A stretch of 64,000 nt of DNA, taken from contig NC_086097.1 in assembly GCF_963921235.1 (NCBI RefSeq), positions 71,736,001 to 71,800,000 on the forward strand, in the 5' to 3' direction. A program made the position numbers and the translations under genes. Under the pieces are notes generated by a model. The model ran no database searches, was not told the origin of the DNA, and saw nothing but the letters and a program-made list of their open reading frames with translations. This document shows, in pieces, positions 1 through 13,624 of the stretch (the first letter of the stretch is position 1; each line of letters opens with the position of its first letter). The stretch is from Mobula hypostoma. Its lineage: Eukaryota.

Positions 1-24
1 GAAGAGTGAGAAGTGAGAATTCCA

Positions 25-775
25 GATCAGAATCAGAATCAAAATCAGGTTTATTATCACTGGCATGTGACGTGAAATTTGTTAACTTAGCAGCAGCAGC
101 ATTTCAATGCAATACATAATCTAGCAGAGAGAGGAAAAAAATAATAAATAAAATAAAACATGACAATAAATAAACAAGTAAATCAGTTACGTATATTGAA
201 TAGATTTAGAAAAATGTGCAAAAACAGAAATACTATATTAAAAAAGTGAGGTAGTGTTCAAAGCTTCAATGTCCATTTAGGAATCAGATGGCAGAGGGGA
301 AGATGCTGTTCCTGAATCGCTGAGTGTGTGCCTTCAGGCTTCTGTACCTCCTTCCTGATGACAACAGTGAGAAAAGGGCATGCCCAGGATGCTGGAGGCC
401 TTTAATAATAGACATTGCCTTTCTGAGACACTGCTCCCTAAAGATGTCCTGGGTACTTTGTAGGCCAGTGCCAAGCTGGAGCTGACTAGATTTACAACCT
501 TCTACAGCTTCTTTCAGTCCTGTGCAGTAGCCCCTCCATACCAGACAGTGATGCAGCCCATCAGAATGCTCTCTGCAGTACATCTATAGAAGTTTTTGAG
601 TGTATTTGTTGACATGCCAAATCGCTTCAAACTCCTGATAAAGTATAGCCGCTGTCTTGCCTTCTTTATGGCTATGTCAATGTGTTGGGACCAGATTAGA
701 TCCTCAGAGATTTTGACACCCAGGAACTTGAAGCTGTTCACTCTCTCCACTTCTGATCCCTCTATGAAGATTGGT
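25..775 (-). mobile_element. Rex1/Babar-like LINE, 5'-truncated 3' fragment
   Basis: ORFs 514..750 and 284..583 encode the RT C-terminus (FKFLGVKISEDL, KKARQRLYFIRSLKRFG, CLRKAMSIIK..HPGHALFSLLSSGRRYRS); (ATTCTG)n-type tail at 25-50. Confidence 0.8.
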
Positions 776-970
776 ATGAAGGGTCTTGGCCCAAAGCATC
801 AACTGTTTATTCTTCTCCACAGCTGCTGCCTGGTCTGCTGAGTTCCTCTAGGTGAATTAGCTCTTCTACCTATCAACTCCTATTTTACCATTTTGTGTGT
901 TGTTGAGATGAGAGGTGATGGGTGGAAGAAGTAAAAGACTGAAGATAAAGGAATCTGTTAGGAGAGGAGA
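776..970. mobile_element. Penelope-like terminal repeat remnant with decayed hammerhead motif
   Basis: atgaagggtcttggcccaaagcatcaactgtt...gcctggtctgctgagttcctc matches the Penelope termini at 46734-46830 and 59244-59378. Confidence 0.6.
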
Positions 971-3900
971 GAGAAACAAAATATCCTGCTGTATGTGGCT
1001 GTCATACTAGGCCATATATAATGCTACGTTATCACTTCTTGCCAGTAAGGTCAGTCTGCCTTCTCCTTTGGTCTCATAATACTTTGGATAGACGCACAAC
1101 CATCCATTTCCCCCACCCCTTCCTGACAATCTTTCTTCTTCCCTCTCAGTCTCAGTCTGGTTCCAGCATCTGCACTCTCCATTGTCTTCACTTCTTCCTA
1201 TTGCATTCTGTGCAATGCCAGCTTCCTCTGAAAGAAGATTTGGCCAGTTGGGCTTTTAATGTGTAAGCTTAGGGTTGAGTCCTTGTTTAAAGAGAGGAAC
1301 AGCAGTAGCACCAAGAGACAGAGGACGATGGTGTTGGAGCAGTTTTGAGGTTGGGTACAGATCTCAAGGGCGTGATTCCAGGAAGGATAAGATGCAGAGA
1401 AATGTCCCGCAGTGACTGGAAAAAGGCACAAAATTGGAAGGAAAAAGGAAATGATTACACCAAGATGAAAGTAAACAGCACTGCCTGTTCGGAGCAAAAT
1501 AAATATGAAAGGAGTCTTTGCTTGAAATCTGGTGAGGAGGTTAATCTCTGCCTGCTCGTGGCTGTGACTTGCTCTGCAATTCCTTCCATTTGTCCTGTTA
1601 CTCATTTATTGGGGAAGAGGCCCGCCTTCTTGCTACTCACTTCCTCTAGGAATTGCAATCAGTGTGAATTTGCTTTGAAAGCAAAATCACATTTCTTGAC
1701 ACTTTGCAGGGGCTACAGACTGTCTTATATTAAACTGGAAATCCTTTTCTCTCAATTGGCATGTTGTTCACAAATGATTTGATTAAAGCTAGCAGATCAT
1801 TGTTTAAGTGAGCTTTGAGATCCAAAGTGCAGAACCCAGTAGGTAAACACAGCAGGCAGAAACAATGCCTCTCCTGTTACCCATCCAAGATGTACCCAAG
1901 TTGGAAAACACCAGGAATCCATAGTATCTCTCCCTTACCTGTGACCACAGCAGCCTGGATGAAGGCCACTCCTCATCTGGGGCATGAAAATATAGCTTTT
2001 TTACTCATATATCAGGCAGGGATGAAACATATGCTCTTTCCTTCCCCATAGATTGCACTTACCAGAAAATTATCATTTATTAATTCTCATTTTTTCCCAC
2101 ATGGCAAATACAGATTAAAATGCATTTCTGATTATCAGCAAAAATATTCAAATTGTGCTTTATAACTAATCAGAAAGTTTCCCTCTGCTGGGTTCCAACA
2201 GATTGTACCTGGGTCTTACAGAGAAGACCCTAACAAAGCTTAATGACTCCATACAAAAATCACGGTTATGCTTCGGTAAAGAGATTGCATTTTCACTCAG
2301 TGTTAGGCCAATAAATTGATGCTTGTGGCAGAACAGGTGAAACTGATGGAATAGAACAGTTTTATAAATTCACATGATTAAGAACCTGATGAGAGGTGGC
2401 CAGATTTAGGGTAGAAACCGGTTTGACAGAAACTGATTTCATATTAAACACAAGTTGATTTAGCTAGCAGAAACAGATCAAGCATTTTGTTATCTGCTTT
2501 AATCATGAAACATTGATCTAACAAAAAATTACAATCTATCGCTTGGGTTGTTTACATGCCTTTCTGTTTTGTTCTCTGTTGCAGCTGGTACAAGTGCATA
2601 TTACAAATATCTTAACACATCACTTTTACAGCCAGCTTGAAGCAACCTGAAGCAAATGTACATTATTTTTTAATAAGCGCAGCATGCTTTGGTTGGATTT
2701 TTGCACTCTTTATAATGAACGATTAAAATATTACATGAAGTTTACTAAAATAAAATGTATAATCCTGTTGAGAACTCCACATTGGTCTTGGAAAACAAAA
2801 GGACCATCTTTTAGGACTTGTCATGAAAATATTTATGATTCCAGTTGCTATTGCCCTGAGATATTGTCATCATTGAAAATACAAACCATCTGTTTTTCTT
2901 TCATTTAAATATGCCTTCAAGTTGACAAACAAAGTTCGAGGCTTTAGCTTCTTGGTCTGACAGACAACATCTGAAAATCTGCTTTGCACAGCACTGTAGC
3001 TTCAAATTGGGAGAGTGATAGATTTATAATTAATCCCTCCAACTCAAATCTAAACCAAACATTAAATATTTTATGTATATTCTTGAGAGAGAGTGAAACA
3101 TGTTAGCCTTTGATTGGCTTGTGAATTATCAGTGCCTTTTGAGCAGATCCAAATGATGTAGCTTCATTAAAAAAAATGAAGAAGTTAATAAAATTATCAT
3201 ATCAAACTTTTTCAACAAGGGTTGGAATGAATAACTAAAGGAAGGCTAGGCTTGCTCCTTCAAGTTCATTATTTCTGATGTAGTTGTATAAGTAGGATTT
3301 GGGAAATGTTCCTGACAACAACTGACAGAGGAATGAATGGAAGGCAATATTGTGCCGGGATTAAATTTATCATCTTTTATCACATTTTTCAGATTGATGT
3401 GCAATGCACTTTTACAGCAGCTTTGGAGTTTGCATTGTCACTATGTCCTTAATATAGAACTTGACTGAGTGGTTTCAATGTTTCTTAATACAAGATTGAA
3501 AGAATGATGAAGCTTTTAGTAAGAATGGTGTCCATTTTCAGGGCAGGAGGCTAATCAGACCACCAGAATTGCTGACAGATTAACTCATTATCCACACCAC
3601 ATAGTGCAATGCTTCTTTGTCATCTGCTGCATTCTCTGTTTTTGCTATGTTGTACTCTTTTGAGGAGGACCTCTGCTGCTTTTGTTCCTCTTTTCCTCTG
3701 AAGGATCGTCTGACAGCTTACACTTCACTCTACTGTAATGAGGAAAATTTCTGAGTGGAATATGTTTCGGAGAGAAGAGCACACTATAGATACCTCAGAG
3801 CTGAAGAGATATCTAGATTTGCTTCAACAATACATTGATGCAAATGAAGATCATCATAGTGAATTGATGCCCTTGGTTTTGCCAAAGCATTGTGAGTTTC

Positions 3901-4569
3901 AGATTAAAATTCATATTAGTTTATTGTCATGTACTTGAGGATGAAGTGAAATTCCTTGTTTGCATGAAGGTCGCAGAGTAAATAATGTACTTGGTAATTA
4001 TAAATTAACAATTACAATGAATGCAAAACAATGGAATGTCTCATAGTAGTGCAAAAATGCTAAATTGGTAATCAAGGAAAAGGTAGAATTGATGTTTTGA
4101 GAACATGGAAGCACTATTGGCAAGGGGATGTGAAAGAGATAACTGGTTCAGAAGTCTGACAGCAGAGGGCAGGACATTGGTCTTGGGACTGGCTGTCCAG
4201 GCTTTCAAGCTCCTATATCTTCACCAAGAAGTTGGAAGAGGGAAAAGAGAATGGCCAAAGTGATAGGCATCCTTGGCAACATTATTAGCCTTCCTGAAGG
4301 AGCATAGGGATGGGATGGTGTGTTGCACAGTCCTGGGGTGGACGGTGTGAGTACCTTGTTTAACATATCCGTGTTTTGCAGGCTTAAGATACAGTTAACT
4401 GCCCTGTAATGGGGTGTAAGGATCCTATAGAAAGAAATTTGCTGGACCCTGCACACCATCTCATTGCACCTGTCCCTCCACTACTGATATAATACACATC
4501 AGTAGGCTGCAATAGCCAGTTGAGGAGGAGATCCTACTGATAGATTGGATCTCTGTAAAAGAAACAACA

Positions 4570-4705
4570 GCCACACACACAAGATACTGGAAGGGTCTTG
4601 GCCCAAAACATCGACTGTTTATTCCTCTTCATCGATATTGCCTAATCTGCTGAGTTCCTGTGCTTTGCTCCAGAAATCCAGCATCTGCAGAATCTCTTGT
4701 GTTCA
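4570..4705 (+). mobile_element. Penelope-like terminal repeat remnant
   Basis: gaagggtcttggcccaaaacatcgactg...ccagcatctgcagaatctcttgtgtt, same family as the other copies. Confidence 0.65.
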
Positions 4706-4959
4706 GCATCTACAGCCTGTGTGATTGGAAAGGGTCTCCCAGAAGCAAGTCTGCACATGTTGTTTCTAACAACTTTGAACTTTGAACAGGTTTCACTATT
4801 CCCTGATTCATCACATGATATACACTACCACTGTATGAGATTGCCTTCCATACATTCCTCTGTCAATTATGGTCAGGGCATCTATTTTCTATTTACTTCC
4901 CTGAATTATATCACAGTGCCTCTCTCTACCATCTTCCTATCTAACGTAGTGTCTGGAAA

Positions 4960-6325
4960 ATCAAACTGAGGATCTCAGAGCAATATTGCAGTTCCAGGGG
5001 GACATTGGGGACTGCTGTGTACTTTGCTTCACAGAAACATGGCTGGCCCCCACAATGCTTCAGCCTGAGGGCTTCACCTTCCATTGCATGCTCTGAACAG
5101 TGGTATCAGGTAAAGGCAGAGGTGGCAGTGTTTCCTTCACGATTAGCTCATCATGTTGCACAGACCTGGCAGTTCTGTTTCAGTCTTGTTCCCTCAACCG
5201 GGAACATCTGGCAGTCAGGTGTTGTCCATTCTATCTGTAGAGAGACTTCTATGCCTTCATCCTGGTTGCTGTGTATTCCACCCCAGGCCAGTGTCACGCT
5301 GGCACTGGAGGAGATGAGCTCTGTGATCAGTTGTCATGAGACAATACACCCTGATGCTTTCCCCAACATCCCAAGCCAGCTTGAAGAAGGCTCCGAACAA
5401 CTATTACTAATATATCCCATATGGAACTAGAGAAGCCAACACACTTGACCACTGTTACACCACCATCAAGAACACTTACTATGCCATCCCATGCTTGCAC
5501 TTTGGCAAGTCAGATCACCTGGCTATACCTCTACTCCAAGCATACAGGACCCTTGGTGAGAACCACAAAGGCATGGACAAGGAAGATCTAGGAGCACTTC
5601 AGGACTGCTTTGAATTGATGGACTGGACCATATTCAGGGATTCATCTACAAATCTGAACGAATATACCACAGTTGTCACTGACTTCATCAATAGCTGTGT
5701 GGATGAATGTGTGCCTTTGAGACACATTGGATATACCCAAACCAGAAGCGGCGGATGAACCAGGAAATTTGCAATCTGTTGAAGGTTGGATCTGTGATGT
5801 TCAAGAACTTTAAAAGAAGTCCTGGTATGACCTATGGAAGGCCATCTTAAGAGTAAAAAAGCAATTCCAGGTGAAGTTAGAGACAGAACTTGATGCATGT
5901 CAGCTCTGAGAGGGTTTGCAGGCCAGTACTTCCTAGAAGATGAAACCTAACATCATAAGTATCTGTGACACTGCACTCCCAGATGAACTCAATGCCTTTT
6001 ATGAATGCTTTGTAAGGGAGAATAAAATCATATTTGTGTGAATCCCTGCAGCACTGGCCCTGCTGTGATCTTTGTCTCAGAGGCTGACGTCAGATCTCCT
6101 TTCAGAAAAGTGAACACTCACAGGGTGTTAGGCCCTGATGGTGTGCCTGGAAGGCCACTGGAATCCTGTGTCAACCAACTGGCTGGAATGTTCAAGGACA
6201 TCTTAAATTTCTCACTGCTGTAGTCAAAGGTTCTCACCGGCTTCAAAAGGGCATCAGTCACACTGGTACCCAAAAAGAAAAGGGTGGGTTGCCTCAATGA
6301 CTGTCACCCAACAGTGCTCATATCT
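4960..6325 (+). mobile_element. Degraded Rex1/Babar-like LINE ORF2 (APE endonuclease to start of RT)
   Basis: Frameshifted motifs HFGKSDHLAIPLL, LQDCFELMDWTIF, VSEADVR..FRKVN..GPDGVPGR..CVNQLAGMFKDILNFSL. Confidence 0.75.
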
Positions 6326-6327
6326 AC

Positions 6328-6675
6328 TAGTCAAATGAATGGAGAAAGTATACAATTAATTGTAGATCTTGTAATGGTACTGAATAAAAGAGGGATCCTG
6401 GTGTCTAAGTCCATAGTTCACTGAAAGTGACTATGAAAGTGGATAAGGTGATTATGAAAGCATAAGACATGCATGCCTTAACTGGTAGGGCTGTTGAGAA
6501 CAAGGGTAAGGAAGTCATGCTGCAGCTATATAAAAATTTAGTCAGACTACGTTTGAAGTCTCGTATGCAGTCCTGGTCAGCCATTATAGGAAAGATGTGG
6601 AGACAATGGAGAAGGTGCAGAGGATGTTTACCAAGATGCCTCCTGGATTGGAGAGAATGAGCTGTAAGGTCAAAT
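6328..6675 (+). mobile_element. Degraded CR1 LINE RT C-terminal fragment
   Basis: ORF 6469..6660 ENKGKEVMLQLYKNLVR matches the CR1 ORF2 in this window (EFKSRDVMMQLYKTLVRP). Confidence 0.75.
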
Positions 6676-6800
6676 TGGTGCCACAGTAGCATAGCGATTA
6701 GCTTGATGTTATTACAGTTTGTGGCATTAGGGTTCGGGTGTTCAATCCTGGTGTCCTCTGTTATGAGTGTCCTCGTAGAATGGGTGGGTTTTCTCCAAGA
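6676..6800 (+). mobile_element. tRNA-derived SINE head remnant
   Basis: A-box-like tagcatagcgatt and B-box-like gttcaatcc, followed by gtgggttttctcc. Confidence 0.45.
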
Positions 6801-8249
6801 TAATTTATATGCATTGTTGAAGCTCATACCTGCCGCAAGCAACCATGTAACCCAAGCAAGTTACCAGTGACCAAAGCATAAGCTGAGTAAAGAACCGTTT
6901 TGTATAAATTTTGACACCACAAGCTTGAGGAGGAATTAGTAACTCATGTCAAACTGCCCCATCAGCAAGAAATCCCAGATCTATGAGTAATGCAATGCAA
7001 GATTTTTTAGAATTAATATAAAATCTGACATGGTGATAAATGGAAACTGTATTCATCCTGAAATTTGATCTCTATGAACTTTCTGAATGAAATAAAGAGC
7101 TGGCAGAAAGAGAGCCACATCATATATGAATTTGGTGCTGAGCTGGATGTGGTAATGTGGTGCCAATTTAACGGCAGAAATGCAAACTGAATTCCATTCC
7201 AGTACCTGTCACCTTATGGCCCTTCTGCTTCTTTCATTCTCTGTCTATGCATTAGTTCTCTCCTTTATCCCACATCCCAGAATTGATTGGTTACTTGTTA
7301 TAATCTATAACTTTAATTAGAAAGTCATTCTGAAAATATATATGTATACTTACATATTAATCAATGGAAGTATGGCTGCAAAGCTCATAGGTTGCTTCGA
7401 TGATTTGGCTGAATTAATTTCATTGCTGTACTGTGAATAGAGAACTGAATTTCAACATAATGCAACAGCTACAGGATTTATCCTGCAGTCAAAGCAGAAG
7501 CAATGCAAGCTGTGTCGAATCTTGTCCCTTAATCATCTTTCCTCCATTGAAATATTGGACATATTTTATCTTAAAAATAGAAGCACTGGTCTGTACGGAA
7601 TTGCTGATAAACCACATTGTATTATTTACATTTATTTCAAACCTAAGACTTCTGAGTTTTTTTTTACTTAAGAATTTTAATCTTCCTTTTGTAATATTAT
7701 GAAGCAATTGAGAGAATCAGCCAATCCAGACTCCAAGCTGCATTAGGTGGATAGAGAAAATGACTTCTTATCTTCCCTGCTAGAAGAATTTACTTATTTA
7801 CCAGTTCCTGCACCATGTGGGATCCTTGAAGGAGATGCTGCTGTTCTCCCAAAGTGGATGATGAATTACCGCTGTCATTCGCATTCCTATATAAACACTC
7901 TGTTACAGCCACGGGAGCTCTGCACAGAAGCAGATACACAGCAGAGCAATCTCCCTGGTGCTGCAGACATTGCTGCCTCGACAGAGCGATTGATAACAAG
8001 TTAAGTTCAATGTAATTATTCCGATTTATTATCACTATTACTGTTTGCTAGAGAATCAGCAATAAGCATGGTTTCTAATTCCATGCTGGATCAGTGACTT
8101 CATCCAGTGAATCATAGAGCCAGAGGCCGACAGGTTATGCTCATTAAGTTCGATTACCTCAGCTGAAGAAGTGTTAACACCCCTGCTATTGGTTGTTCAC
8201 CACTGGACTAAAGAAAAGGCAAGTGGCCAAGATTCCCTCTCCAGATAGT

Positions 8250-8700
8250 TTGAGGAAATTCCTTTAGGAGGTAAATTCCTGTGATAGGGCAGTTGTCCTT
8301 TGAGAGACTAAACAGAGGAGCTTAGAGGAATGAGTTTTATTTGATCAAGCATATAATATCGTAATGAGATTTGACAATATAGATGGAGGGAGGAGGCTCC
8401 CTCTGGCTAGGTGTCTAAAGCTAGGGGTTACAGACATGGAATGAGGGTTTGTCAGTACAACAAGAAATTTCTCATTTGAAGGATACTGAATTGTGGGAAT
8501 TCTATGTCCAACAGGGTTTGGAGGTTCAGTTGTGCATATTCCAGAAAATCATCAAAATATCTTTAAATATTAGGGGAATCAAAGGACACAGGGTTAGTTT
8601 GAGAAAGTGATGGTCAAGTCAAATTTTAATCGCAATCTCATTGACTGACAGGGCAGGTGCAAGAGATTGAATGAGTGATTCCTGCTTCTGCTTCTTGCAC
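8250..8700 (+). mobile_element. Old CR1 LINE 3' end
   Basis: Diverged match to the CR1 3' coding end and UTR of the copies at 12400-12780 and 44300-44715. Confidence 0.55.
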
Positions 8701-9285
8701 TCTTCTGTTGGGAAGTTAACTAATGGCAAAGTCAAAAGTAAATGCAAAGATCCCACGAGCAAGTGTGCACCCTGCTGAGGGCATAAATCTACACTGTTGA
8801 TATGTCTGCAAAAATTAGCAATGATTTATAAACATTTATTCTTAGTTTTCAGGTGTACTCGCACATCAAGACATAGCAACAGGAGTAATCCATCCTTTAA
8901 TTATCTGACACCATTCCATTATATCATGGATGATCTGCACTGTGATGTTATTTGATTTTTTTGTGCCTTAATTCAGATAATTTATTGAAAGGGTTTTAAC
9001 TTCAGTGCCTCTTGTGGGGGAAGAAATTTGAAATTTCTTTCTGTGTATACCCTTGAATACCTAAGTGTGAATAACATCGTTCTTGAATAGGATAGCTTCA
9101 TTGTATGTTCATTAACTGTTGTTCTGGATTCCTCACCAGAGGAAATTCACCTTATATCACATTAAACACTAGAATTAGATAAACCCTTAACTTTTATAGA
9201 ATAGTAGAGAGGTTTAGGCAGAAAATAAAACTGGTGAATATTGTTTTGCTGAAAAAATTTAGAAACGTCTTGTAGGACAATCATT

Positions 9286-9347
9286 TAACCATATAACAAT
9301 TACAGCACGGAACCAGGCTATCTCGGCCCTTCTAGTCCATGCCGAAA
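9286..9347 (-). mobile_element. CR1 3' tail fragment
   Basis: aaccatataacaattacagcacggaaccaggc...cggcccttctagtcc, typical CR1 3' stem-loop and tail in reverse. Confidence 0.55.
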
Positions 9348-10589
9348 GCATCTGCAGTGGTTCAGCTCAGAAGGCTGCAACTGCACACGACCTCAGGTCT
9401 GTTTTGCGTGGCCGTTGCAGACTCACCTTGTGACTTGATGAGTTTGTTCTGGATGCACTTGGAATCCTCCCGCATGTCTAGGATGTGCCGCTCGTTAAAG
9501 TAAATGGATACAGTAATTCCTTCCCTGGGTGCAGGTGAGTAGTAGAGCCTGGGGTGGAGTCGCTGAGAATATGAGAAGAATAAAAATAAAATCAGAATAC
9601 GTAGTCTTATTGTAGATAGGTGGTGGATGATCTGTATGTATCTGGTGCATTGAAGAGCCTGTTTCTCTGCTGGATGTCGCAAGGCTCTGATAGCCCTGTA
9701 AATAATTTTAACAAGTTGTTTTTGACTGGAAGTTATATTAATCTTGGCTGATGGTAAACTAATTTTTCAAATGATGAAAGCTCACTGATGGCAGTTGTTC
9801 AAAATTATTCTTTGAAAAGCACTGCTAATTGATTCAGAAGTAGAAACACAACGATTCACAGGAGGCTGCTGCAAGCCAAGGATATGGATTTCCCCAGGAG
9901 CTCCACAATCAATCAGCTAGAATAGAAGTTTATGAAGCTACTACATACTTAGCATAGTATGAGTAAGTTGTACACTATGTTCCAACCATAAGCATGATAA
10001 CAGAGCTCTAGGTGCAGTGTGCTGGGATGTCCACTATTTATTTTGTAGTCTTCTGCATCCCAAATGCTCAAATTGAAAAATCACAGGCCAATTACATGGT
10101 GCTGATGGTATTGTTCAGAACAGCAGTGCTGCAATATATAAACCACAATCACGAACCTCTGAATATTTCAAAATTTCATATTTTGTCTCTGTAGGAAAAG
10201 CTACAGCCTTTGGATTTTCAACCAGAATTGCAAAGAGCAAAAATACTACTCACTACAACCAGACAAAGTCATGGCCGATGAGTCTTATCTGTTGAGTTAG
10301 GGTCTCAAATTTGCTTACTTTCTTTTTTTGCCTTCATAAGATTGACATAGAGGATAGTTATGCAATAAAATGGGGTACACTGTCTAGTTAGAATGTTGAT
10401 GGCAGGGTTTGGGCAGTAGAATGTCCAGGAAGTGGGGTTGGATTTTATCTCATCGATGATGAACATTGTCTAGTTTTTTTCATAAAGTCTATCATATTTC
10501 TCTTGCACACAAATACATCTTGAGGTAGCATATGGTGACATATATGTATTTTGACAATATATTTACCTGGGCTTTGATTTGGAGTTTGA

Positions 10590-12050
10590 ACTGCAGCCAA
10601 TCAGTGGATGGAAGAGTGAGAAGAAGGTGTGGCTTCACACAGATCCATGATTAAAGATTAACAAAGAACGCTTCACAGCAGTTTTCGGAGGTTGAACTGT
10701 GGCCCATCGGTCAATGGAATTCATTAACAAGGGTGACTAAAAATAAGACAGGGACAAGCGAGGCGGCCATTGTGGAGTGTCCATTGTGTAGGTGGGCTAG
10801 TGTTAGACCGGGAAGGTTTTGGCTTTGGCTCATTAAGTTTAGCTGAGATCAAGCTTGGGAGAAGTAAGTATCAGATACGTTTCTTCTTCTTTATTCTTCA
10901 TTCTCATCTATTACACAGTTACTGCAGAAAGAATGACTCCAGGGGCAATACTATGTTCTTTGTATAAGATGTGGGAATTCTGGGAGAACTACAGACTCCC
11001 AGATAACCACATCTGCACCAGGTGCACTGAGCTACAGCTCCTCCGAGAACATGATTTTTTAAAATATATATCAAAATATACTTTATTCAAAAATAAAATT
11101 ACGTACAATAAACCATTCAATGACTCTCAATCCTTTACAGATGTTTCCATTACGGGTTTTACATTTCCACACTTTTAGCCACCCACGTGGCACTCTGTTG
11201 TTTCACCTTTCCACACCATTATTGAGGGGTATACTTGCCGCCATCCGACCCCTCCCACTCCCGCGGGAAAAGAACCCTAAACAATGGTCCTTCCCCACCG
11301 GGCCCTTGCGGTGGCTGCACCGAGTTTCAGTGCGAACATCAGCACGTACTCCTGCAGCCGAGAATGTGCCAGTCGGCAGCATTCTCCCACAGATATCTCC
11401 ATCTGCTGTTAGATCATCAAGTTTCGGGCCGACCAAAGAGTGTCTTTCACCAAGCTGATGATCTGCCAGCAGCACCGGATGTTGGTCTCCGTGTGCGTCC
11501 CCGGGAACAGCCCGTAGATCAGAGAGTCCTCTGTTACGCAGCTGCTGGGGATAAAACGTGACACTAGCCCGTCCATTCTCCTCCACACCCTCTCTGCAAA
11601 CTGACAGTGTGCAAAGAGGTGGGTCACAGTCTCCTCCTCACTGCAGTCCTCCCGTGGGAAGCGGGGTGTGGAGACGACGTTCCAGGCGTACAGAAGGGAT
11701 CTGACTGGGAGGGCCCCTCTCACCACCAGCCAGGCGAGATCCTGGTGCCTGTTGGTGATGTCTGGCGATCTGAGAACATGATAAGGAACTGAAGCTGCAT
11801 TTCGATGATTGGCTCATAGGGGAGACTGAGAAAATGATAGACAGGAGCAGCAGGGATGTAGTCACCTTCAGGTTGCAAGAGGAAGATAACTGAGGGATCT
11901 CAGGAGAAGGAAGGGAAATGGGTAGGTAGTACAGACTACCCCTGTAGCTGTTTCCCTGAATAGTAAGTATATCTTTTTGGATACCTGTTGAGGGGATGAC
12001 CTTCTGGCCAGAGCCGCAGTGACCAGGTCTCTGGCACCAAGTCAGGCTCG
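10590..12050 (+). mobile_element. CR1 5'UTR/ORF1 fragment, interrupted by a Tx1 insertion
   Basis: ORF1-like ILCSLYKMWEFW...HICTRCTELQLLREH resumes after the insert as DKELKLHFDD...; CxxC zinc-finger pattern of CR1 ORF1. Confidence 0.65.
11056..11771 (-). mobile_element. Tx1/L1-clade LINE 3' fragment (zf-RVT region) with TSD
   Basis: ORF 11409..11726 VRGALPVRS...EETVTHLFAHCQFAERVW; AATAAA and A-rich tail near 11056-11090; TSD gagaacatgat at 11045-11055 and 11772-11782. Confidence 0.85.
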
Positions 12051-12780
12051 GTTTTAAAAATTGTGAGAAATTTCAAAAGTCTGAGGTGCAAAGGGATTTG
12101 GGAGTCCTTATGCAGGATTCTCTGAAAGTTAATTTGCAGGTTGAGTCAGGGATGAGGAAGGCAAATGCAATGTTAGGATTCTTTTTGAAAGGACTAGGAT
12201 ATAAAAGCAAGGATGTAATGTGGAGTTTTTATAAGGCACTGGTAAGGCTTCACCTGGAGTATTGTGATCAGTTTTGGGCTCCTTATCTAATGGAGGATGT
12301 GATGACATTGGAGAGAGTTCAGAGGAGCTTCACGAGAATGATTCCAGGTATGAATGGGTTACCCTATGAGGACCGACTGATGTCTCTGGGCCTGTACTCC
12401 CTGGAATTCAGATGAATGAAGGGGGATCTTAATGAAACCTATCAGATCTTGAAAGGCCTCAATAGAGTGGATATGGAGAGGATGCTTCCTATGGTGGGGA
12501 GTCTAGGAGCAGAGGGCACTGCCTCAGAATAGAGGGACATCCATTTAGAACGGAGATGAGGATGAATTTCTATATCCAGAGAGTGGTGGCTGTGGAGGCC
12601 AGGTCATTTGTTATATTTAAGGGAAAGGTTGATAGATCTTTGATTATTCAGGGCGTGAAGAGTTACAGGGAGGAGGCAGGAGATTGGGACTGAGAGGGAA
12701 ATGGATTAGCCAGGATGAAATGGCAGAGGAGACTTGATGGGCCAAATGGCCTAATTCTGCTCGAATGTCTTATGGTCTAA
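12050..12780 (+). mobile_element. CR1 LINE 3' end
   Basis: ORF 12086..12415 QRDLGVLMQDSLKVN...YKALVRLHLEYCDQFWAPY; 3'UTR ending gcctaattctgctc...tatggtct. Confidence 0.85.
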
Positions 12781-13446
12781 TAGACTTTGTCCTTGTCTTG
12801 GGAAAATATTAATTATCGTTTCATCGCCTGCTTTTGAATGTTGTCTACGTCTTGGTGCATAGTAGCTTGGATTTTTTTCTGAGGGGTAGTTATTAATCCT
12901 AGCCATTTCCTTATTAAAGTACAATTCTATAAGTTTTCCCTACAAACATGTTCCGATGAGTTCTCCGACTGTACTCCAAATGCTGACAAGTGATGTCCAG
13001 CACAATAGTCTGAATGTGAAAGATCAAAGGGTGACCATTGAGAGAGATACCTTCTGTGATGGAGTACAGGGCATCCATAACTGGGCCAGACAGCACTTAT
13101 TAAATACAACCCTTCTTCTTTCTAGGGTTGAAGATGACTTGCTTCCTCCAGTTCAATGGGTTCTGACATGCTTGATGAAACGAATGTGAACACACAGATA
13201 TTGCCACAGACAGGATGCTAAGGACTTGATGGGGCATGAAACTAGGAAGTTTGGGAGGTAGTATATTTCTTTGACTTTTACTCTGAGCTTTTGTATGGTG
13301 GAACTAGACCCAATCTTCTCAATGCCACTGAGAATGATCTGTGGAATTCAAGACCAGTGATCCAGAATTCTGCAGGCACAACCTACAGAAGACCATCATG
13401 AAAACGGAAAAGATAATTATTTATCAAGTTAGAAACACAACTGGAT

Positions 13447-13620
13447 AGAGTCATAGAGTCATAAAAAAGTTAAGCACAGAAACGGGCCCTTTGGGTCATC
13501 TAGACCATGCCAAACCATTTAAACTGCCTACCTGAATCATCCCGCATTTTGAACATAGCCCTCCATACCTCTACCATCCATGTACCTATCCAAGCATCTC
13601 TTAAACATTGCAATCGAGCT
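13447..13620 (-). mobile_element. CR1 3' tail fragment
   Basis: (agagtcat)2 tail followed by gcacagaaacgggccctttgg, a CR1 terminus in reverse. Confidence 0.6.
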
Positions 13621-13624
13621 CACT

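Noticed and set aside
284..750. ALKBH8 N-terminal-like (DUF1891) host gene
   Set aside because: The ARQRLYF motif belongs to Rex1/Babar-type LINE ORF2 and recurs in several copies here
1198..1782. Overlapping 135-aa and 145-aa ORFs
   Set aside because: No recognisable domain, no convincing splice structure, and a composition expected of chance ORFs
3703..3891. Apparent exon between a pyrimidine-tract acceptor and a gtgagt donor
   Set aside because: Stop codons in all three frames
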